Positions 23,947 through 32,000 of a stretch of DNA of 32,000 nt are shown piece after piece. Source of the stretch: Ureaplasma parvum serovar 3 str. ATCC 27815. GTDB lineage: Bacteria > Bacillota_I > Bacilli_A > Mycoplasmatales > Mycoplasmoidaceae. The DNA lies in assembly GCF_000019345.1 (NCBI RefSeq), contig NC_010503.1, positions 570,001 through 602,000 of the forward strand. The letters are read 5' to 3'. The notes under the pieces were generated by a model. It was not told where the DNA came from. It made no database searches and saw only the letters and a list, made by a program, of their open reading frames with translations. Numbering within the stretch: position 1 is the stretch's first letter; the number at the start of each line of letters is the position of its first letter. A program made the translations under genes and the position numbers.

Positions 23947-26900
23947 TTAAAATTGGTTTTCGTTATTTGTATCCATAGCATCATTATTCGTTGTACCAAA
24001 ACTATCAGTGTAGTGTTTGTGTTGATCATCAATTTTAAAGATTGATGCTTTTGGTTCTCCTGAATAATATGTAGCGTTTGAACTATTTGGAAGATTTGGA
24101 TTAATTCGTGGTTCATATCACACTTTACCAATATCAATTGTATTTTTTAAACTATCTGAATTTCTTCGAAGGTAATTTGCTAATGTACAACTGCTTGATA
24201 ACACGTTAGCACTTGTTGGTCGTGAAGCTCTTTCAAAATCTGTTAGTAATGAAGTATCTTCACCTTCATTAATACCATCAATATCATAGCCTTTAAAAGC
24301 TAAATTATTTGTATTATGTTGATAAATTCGAGCATAAACACCAAGTGATTTAGCTAATCCTAAATCAAAGATTGTTTTACGATAACCACCAAAACCTGTA
24401 AATGGTCCTTTAAGGGATAAAGCAACTTGATATCTTCAAGTAAAGTTATTTCTTCCATGACCAAATTTTCATACTTTTCAATCGACTGATTTGGTACTAA
24501 ATGCATTTTTTAAACTATAGCCCATATCTTTAGCTGAAATTGTATTTGATGCTTGATAGTGTAAGACTTTAACTATATTATAATTTTGGTTTGGAATTAA
24601 TTGAATATTTTTAAATTCTAAACAATTATTATGTGCAACAATTGAAACAATCACGTAATCTTTTTTAATATCATAGTTTAGATGATTATCAATCTTATTT
24701 TCATAATCACGTGTATTAAATGGATCATCTCATGTTGATAAAACTACATTATAAGTTTGTCCTTCAACAAAAGTATTTGCTTCTTTACCTTTTAATTTAA
24801 AATTAACCACTGATGCTGGGTAACCACCAGAATCACCTTTTGTAAAGACAATATCGTTTTTAACAACTGTAGTTTGATCAAATTCAATTTGAGCCCCTAC
24901 GGTTTTAATGTGATATTTTGATGAATTATAATTATTAGTTGTGTAAATAATTTGATTATCAGCATTATTTATTGATCCAATAATTCTATTAATACCTTTA
25001 TTAACAAATGAAATACTTTTAATATAATAATCTTGATTAAAATTTAAATTGTTAAAATCTGCATTGAAATATCAAAATGGGTCATTATTATTTTTCTTAA
25101 ATAATTTACATGCTCCAGTACTAAAACTAGCTTCATTATCAGGTTGATCTTTTCGTTTGTATTCAATATTTATAGAAAAATCACCATTTAAAATTTGGTT
25201 TAAAACTGTACTATCATTTTTTCCAACTAATTTAAATTGTTTTGAAATTCCATCTTTAAATTGCGCAAGATTTTGCACTTCATTAACATCAATATGAATA
25301 CCTGTTTTAATAGTTTTTGTTATGCGATTATCAATATTAATTATTTTGAGATTATCGATCATATAAATTTGCTTTTCAATCTCATTTTTATTTGGATGAG
25401 TTTGCTTTTCATTATAATAAACACCTAAAAATTGATATTCACTATTTTCTTCTAAAGCCCCATTATTAGGTAAATCAAATTCTAATTTTGAATAATTATT
25501 AGTATTTAATTGAATTGGTTTAGATCAAACTTCTGCATTTGTTTTAGTGTTAGTAAATAAAGCAAACATGTATTTATTATAAAGATGTTCATCTTTATTG
25601 TTAAATGTCACAGTTGATTTTAGTGTTAGATTTTTATTATCTAATTTATTTTTCACACTTTTTACTTCATAAGGATTTTGGTTTTCTTCAATTTTAATAC
25701 TTGAGTATTGACTATTGTCTAATTCAAAAGTTACTTTATCCTTATACATTTTTGTTTGTGGATTTTCATACATTAATTTATTTAAATCCTTATGGGATAG
25801 TGTCTTAGGTTCATAAACTAAATCAATGCTAATAAGTTGATATAAATTACCTGGTTTAAAATGATCATCATTATTATCAATATTAAATTCAATGATTTTT
25901 TTCTTGTTATCAACTTCACCAACTAATGGAGGGTTCAAAGGTATTTGTTTTCTTTTATTTGGCAGTAAAATTTTTTCTATACCTATTCTTTGCCCCATAA
26001 ATAAACTGTCATCTGGATCGTCATATCGAATTTGAAATGTCATTTTTTTATGATTTTTATTATAAACAATCTTAGGGGTTGCAACATATCATTTAATTGT
26101 TGTTGCGTCAGTACTAAATGATAGTGCATTACTATTTACATTTTTGAATGCTTCACTATCAGTATCTTTAGATATTAGTTTTTTATGGTGTTTATCTTGA
26201 GAAAAACTAGGATCTGCTCATTCAATTCCTAATATTTTATATTCACGATTACCCTTAAAATATTCATTATGATCTTTAATGATTTGAACTAAATAGTCTT
26301 TTTGACCCGCTTTAAAATTTATTGGTTCAGAATAGATTAGTTGTTTATCATTAGATTCTCAATTATTATTCTTTTCATCCCACACATCACTTTTTCTTTT
26401 TGAAGATTCGTAAATTAATCTGAATGGTTTACCAATATAAGTTCCATCATGCTGTAATTTTAAATCAAAACTTATACCATCATTAGTTTGATCTTTTTTA
26501 ACTAAACTAATAATTTTTGGTTCAACAGTTTTAGTTTTGAATGAAATATTAGGTTGTGTCTTATCATTAGTATTTTCATAAATTACATTGTTATTAGCTT
26601 TTGAATTTAAATTAGCATAGGCCTTAGTTGGTTTTTGCTCAAATCACATTTTAGTAATTTTATATTTAATATTAGGCTCTAAATTATTTAAAGATAAAAG
26701 TACAATTGCACTATTAGAATTTCCATTTAATGTGTATGTACGTTCAAATACTGGAATATTTTCTGCTGGAATATCTTTTTTATTAATATCTTCATTAAAT
26801 GGTGTAATTTGAATATGTAATACTTGTTTATCAAATACTTGATCTTTTGATTCTAATTGAAATCAAACTGTTGCAGCATCAGTTGTAGCTGGTGTTTTAA

Positions 26901-29900
26901 TATTTTGAATTCGTACACCATCGGTTGGCACTAATAAATTTGCTGGGTATAAACTTAGTAAATATGTAGCATTACCTTGTTCAAAATCACTTTGTTGATT
27001 TCCAAAATATAAACCATTTAAATTATAATAACGATTTGTAGTTAAATTATCAATCTCAGCTTGATAAAGAATTTGATTATTATCATTAGTTGTTATTAAA
27101 CGGGGTTTAGTTCATTTTGTTTCCCCATTATTATCAACATATGCTGCACTAATTCATTTATTAGCTAATAATTTTGGAGCTTGTGTAATTGTAATATCAA
27201 CCTTACCTTTATTATTAACAACATCACCTGTTTTTGATGGACGTTCCTTAGTTGACAAATCATTATTTTCTAATAGAATTTTAAATTTATATTGATTATC
27301 ATCATTTGTTGAATTTTGATAAATAGATGAATAGTTGTTTTTATCATTATTATTGATGTTTTCACCCATTCTAGCTGGTTTTGTTAACAACATTAGTTCA
27401 CAAACTTTATAATCTTGATTTAGATCAATTCCACTAATATGAAATTTAACTATTTTTTTATTTTCTTTAATTTCAACATGTGCACTAGCTGAAACGCTTT
27501 GTTTTAGATTATTTAACATTGCGTATTTAATACTAAATTGATCTTGATTAGTTAATATATTACTTGGATCATTCAACTCAAAACATAAGTCTAAAGCCCC
27601 TAATGCTTTTTTAACTTTATTTCCATTTTCATTAACTTCTTGTGTTAATAGTGAATAATTAGTTGGAGTTTGCATTTGATTAATACTAATACGTTGAGCA
27701 TTTGGTGTTTTAATATTTCCTTTAGCAGTTTTTTCTAATGCTAATCATGTTCATTTACTATCATCAGTGGCTTTATTATCATCCCCATATCCAATACGTA
27801 ATGTATAAGATGAATTTCATAATAAATCACTACCAAAATCTTTTTTTCAATTTAAATTATTAAGATCTAATGAAGATATTGGAATAGTGTAATAAAGTGG
27901 TTTAGTATTTGGATCACTATTATTTAATTTTCACTCAAAACGAATATATTGACTTTTACTAAATACACTTAAATCCCCATTTAGTTTAAGATCAATTGTA
28001 GCGTTTGGAGTATTATTTACAAAATTAATCGTTGCAGTTTCAACATAAGCACTTTTCATTGTTTTAAACACTATTTGATCAGAATCAACATTTAAATTAT
28101 CAACTGCTGTTACCTTGTTAAATTTCTTCAATTCTTCTTCATTAAATATTAATTTAGCATCTTTTAGTTCATATTGCATATCTTCAGTTAAGTTATCAAA
28201 AACAATTTCATCTAAAACAATTTCATTATTTACTATTTTAGTTTTTAGTTTTTTAGTAATTCATGAATTAGATGATTGATTATTTTTTACTCCAAAACGT
28301 AATTCAAGCTCATAATTTAAATTTTTTAAAACACTATCTTGGTCTTCAAGTTTTAGATTTAGTTTTGCATGATGTGCTTTGATTTCACTAACATTTACTT
28401 GCTTAATTTTTAAAGGTTTACTTGCACGAACTGTAAATTGATCTAAATCATCTGTTTTCTTTGTTAGATAACCCTTTTCTAATTTATATTTTTTAAAATC
28501 AGTATTATCACTCACATTATTTTTTGCTAAACCCACTCATTTAATTGTATATTGCATTCCCCATGTTAAATTATTAAGGTCAAAAGTAAAGTATTTAACA
28601 GCATTATTATCTTGATTTTTATCTGTATCTTTATGTGATTTTGTATAATTAAACTCTTCGTTTTTATTATTTACTAATAATAAACGTAAATACCCTTGTT
28701 TAATAAATTCAGAATAATCACCATCTAAAGTTAATTTTAGGGTATAACTGTTTTCTTGAGCTTTTTTGTTAATCTCAATTTTATTAATAAACAAGTGTTT
28801 TATAGTTGCAAAATGAACATTGTTAATTTCAAAATGAGGTTTTGAAGAAATATAAGTTTCTTTTTGACTTCAATTTTCTTGATTTAAACTAACCGTTTTT
28901 AGTTCATATTCTGTATTTTCACTTAATCCGCTAAGATCTACATCATTTAAAATTACTTCATTATTTTGAATTTCTTTAACGCTAACATGTATGTTTTTTT
29001 GTTTTGGAGTAGTTGGATTTATTTTTGTATTAAACACAAGATCTAATTCATCGCCAACTTTAAAAATATGGTCAGGATCATTAAGTGTTAATTTTAATTT
29101 TGCTGTGTTATCACTAAGATTACTAATCTTATCATTTGCATTAATATAACTTATAGTATTGATTGCATTTGTTAGTACTTTTATTTGTGGTGGATTTAAA
29201 TTTGTGATATTATTAGCAACAAAAACTTCTTTGTTTTGATCATCAACACAATAAACACCAACATAACTATATATGTGATTTTTAGCTAAATTTGTAAATG
29301 TAAAATCTAAATCGTCATGAATATTTTCGTCGATTTTAATTTTAGTTGAAGATCAAACTAATTCGTTAGTATCATTACGTTTATATTTTAATGCTAAATA
29401 TTTACCTTTAAAAGCACTCTTCATGTTATTTTGCATTTTAACATGAACTGTCGTATTACTATCAGTTGGAGTTGAAGGGTGTGCAACATTAATACTATTA
29501 ACTTTAAATATGTTTCCTACAAGATAATTTTGATTTTTAATATCTTTATTATAAATAAAATTATCATAACCGTGATTTGTCTTGTGAATATCAAATTTCG
29601 CTTTTGCTGGTTTTTTATTAACTGATACAGCCCCAACTTCAAATTCTTGGTTATTTAAACTACCAACACTTAATCAAACTTCAGTGTATCATTTATTTTC
29701 TTGTTGGTCAAAATGAATAGGTCAATCATGAGATACTCATACATTGTTTGTATTTGGATAAACTAACTTAACATTAACATTATCATTATCATTAAAGATT
29801 TGATCTTGATTTAAGTCATTAAAATAAATTCTAAATTTAACATCGTTTTGTGTTCTTTTTGAATCATCTTCAACAATTTTTGCAATACTAATTGGTGTAG

Positions 29901-32000
29901 GTTCAACATTAAATTGGTCAACAAGATTATTCTTATTTAATTCACACCATTGGTTATGTTCATTTAAATATAAAATTTTATCTAAATGATATTCACGGTT
30001 ACCAATAATTGAATTTGAAGCGTTTTTATCAAAACTAAACACATAATCATGTGTATTTGTGCTAACTAATAATGGTTGAGTTTCAAAGGTTTCGTTATTA
30101 TTTTGTGATTGATAAACTAATTTTAGTTTTTTAGCATTTAAATATGGATCAATTTTATTAAATTTAGCGTTAACTTTAATTTCTTCTTTATTTGATGCGT
30201 AAGTATTTTTTATAGTTTTAATACTATTAATTTCAAAAATAGGTGTACTTGTTGTAAAAATAATTGAATGTGTTTGATCATTTGAATAAAACTGATCATT
30301 ATATTTGTTATTAATATGTTTATAAGCATTATTTGGTTGTTGTTTAAATTCAACACTAACTAATATATATTTAGTATTTGGTTCTAAATTATTTAACGTA
30401 AAGCTAAGTTTTGTTTGGTTATTTACATTCGCAACAACACCATTAGCTACAAAAGTCTTAGTTAAATCATCACCTTTAGCAAAATGACCTATAATTTGTG
30501 AATTTGGTTTAAAAATATCACCATCATTTGTACTTATAGAACAATTAATATCAGCTGATGTTGAAGTAATATTTTTAACTTCATGTGAACTAATTGTTGT
30601 TGCTGATGGATTTATAACTATTTTTTTATTTGTAATTGATGAATTAATTGGAATTTGATTTGTGTTTGTGCATGCAAAATCATTATTTTGGTCTGAGAAA
30701 TAAATAGCTTGGATTTCATAAGCCTTATTAGCAATTAATTTGTCATGACCAATCTCCACACTAGCTTTATTATTAGTAATTTTAAAAGCACTACTAAATT
30801 GGTCATCTTGTTTAAACTTATGACCACTTACACTATATTTAACACGAATGTACTTATTGTTTAATAAATTAGAACTTAATTCAATCGGTCAACTAATCTT
30901 GGTGTTTTGATCATAATCAAGATCTTGTTTATTAATTGTAACTTTATTAACTTCACAATCTAAAGCAATTTTTTGATTTATATCTTGATTATTAGTACTT
31001 AAAAGAGCTAAAGGATGTTGGGTATCATTAATTTTAGCAAATGCGGCATGAATTGGTTTATTAGCAAAACTAATTTCAAAAATACCATAATCTTGATTTA
31101 AAGTTAAATTATCAATATCAAATTCACAATAGAATTGTTTATTTTGTTGATCATATTTAATTGTAATATTGTTAATTAAATTAGCATTTTGCGTTTGATT
31201 AAATAAAGCATATTTAACATTTAATAATTCTTTTGAGCAATCAGTTGAATTTAAAATACCATCAGGATCATTAATTATATATTTAACATGTGCACTAACA
31301 GATTGATTATCTTGAACTTTTGTAATTGTAATTGTTGGTTTTTGCACATCCATTTTATTTGGCGCTAACCCTAAAGCTAATGATAGATGATTTTCATTTA
31401 AATCTTTTTTAATTTCATTGTTTGCACCCTTGTTTTTAATTGCACAAATTTCACTCAACTCATATTGATGATTAGGTGTAATTTGTGATTTTAACAATTC
31501 AAATTCATAAACTTGATTTGAATTTGAATTAATGTTATTAGAGCTTTTAATTTCAATAGCTGGTTTGTTAGGATTTGTTTTATCTACAAATTTAGCATAA
31601 ATTTCATATCCTTCAAGTTCATGGCCTTCTTTATGTAAACCAACACTAAATTTAACATTTTCGTCTTTTGCACATTCATAAACTCCATTTACTAATTTAG
31701 AGTTTGATGCTAATTTAAAATCTTTAATGAAATTATGAGCAACCTTAGTTGTTAAATCTAGTTTTTCTAATTGTTTTTTAGTAGTTTCATTATATTGAAT
31801 TGGTGATGTTTTTACATTAGGTGAATGAACATGTGTTGTGCTAATAGCACCAATTTCATAAGTTGTATTTGGTGTTAAATCCTTTAATGTAACATTAATT
31901 TTATGATTTTTAACACTAACTTCACCAGCTTTTGAACTTGTTCAAGCTTGTTCACCTTTTTTGCGATATGTAATTGTAATTTGGTCATTATCAACTAAAT
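23947..32000 (-). CDS. Giant DUF1410-like repeat surface protein, N-terminus beyond window (at least ~2684 aa visible)
   Basis: Eight ORF-track pieces (25072, 25525, 27154, 27931, 28261, 28537, 29737, 30889) share one frame; I read most intervening 60-nt lines in frame and saw no TAA/TAG; stop TAA at 23947-23949; many repeated LxxxxxYxLxxIxF-type repeat ends. Confidence 0.87.

Noticed and set aside
23937-24137. Minus-strand 66 aa ORF
   Set aside because: Shifted frame within the C-terminal coding region of the giant surface protein.
3085-32000. Possible pseudogenisation of the long surface genes, as suggested by the fragmented ORF track
   Set aside because: All breaks correspond to UGA(Trp) codons; no TAA/TAG found in the intervening segments examined.
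1-32000. tRNA/rRNA genes, transposases, restriction-modification or toxin-antitoxin systems
   Set aside because: No supporting sequence motifs seen in any intergenic region or reading frame examined.

Overview
This window is a Mollicutes chromosome segment, most likely Ureaplasma. It is very AT-rich and reads UGA as Trp, so the supplied ORF track (UGA as stop) breaks real genes into pieces that I rejoined by frame. Two parts are visible. (1) A surface-protein region (about 1-14.3 kb, resuming at 23.9-32 kb) holds five large minus-strand repeat proteins of the Ureaplasma DUF1410-like type. Three of them are lipoproteins (3085-6396, 7834-9951, 11592-14333), and two run off the window edges (1-2858 and 23947-32000). 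Embedded among them are a divergent acetate kinase and a membrane-anchored endonuclease/exonuclease/phosphatase-family nuclease. (2) A housekeeping block has secDF-apt on the minus strand and ybeY-era-recO-glyS-dnaG on the plus strand. The most noteworthy observations are: 15-16 nt homopolymer tracts joined to hairpins about 75-80 nt upstream of two surface-protein genes (one overlapping a possible -35 next to a perfect TATAAT), a >=2.6k-aa ORF ending in a non-repeat C-terminal domain, and two lipoproteins sharing a distinct N-terminal module. No tRNA, rRNA, CRISPR array or transposon was recognised. I cannot claim a clearly new defence or mobile system from this sequence.
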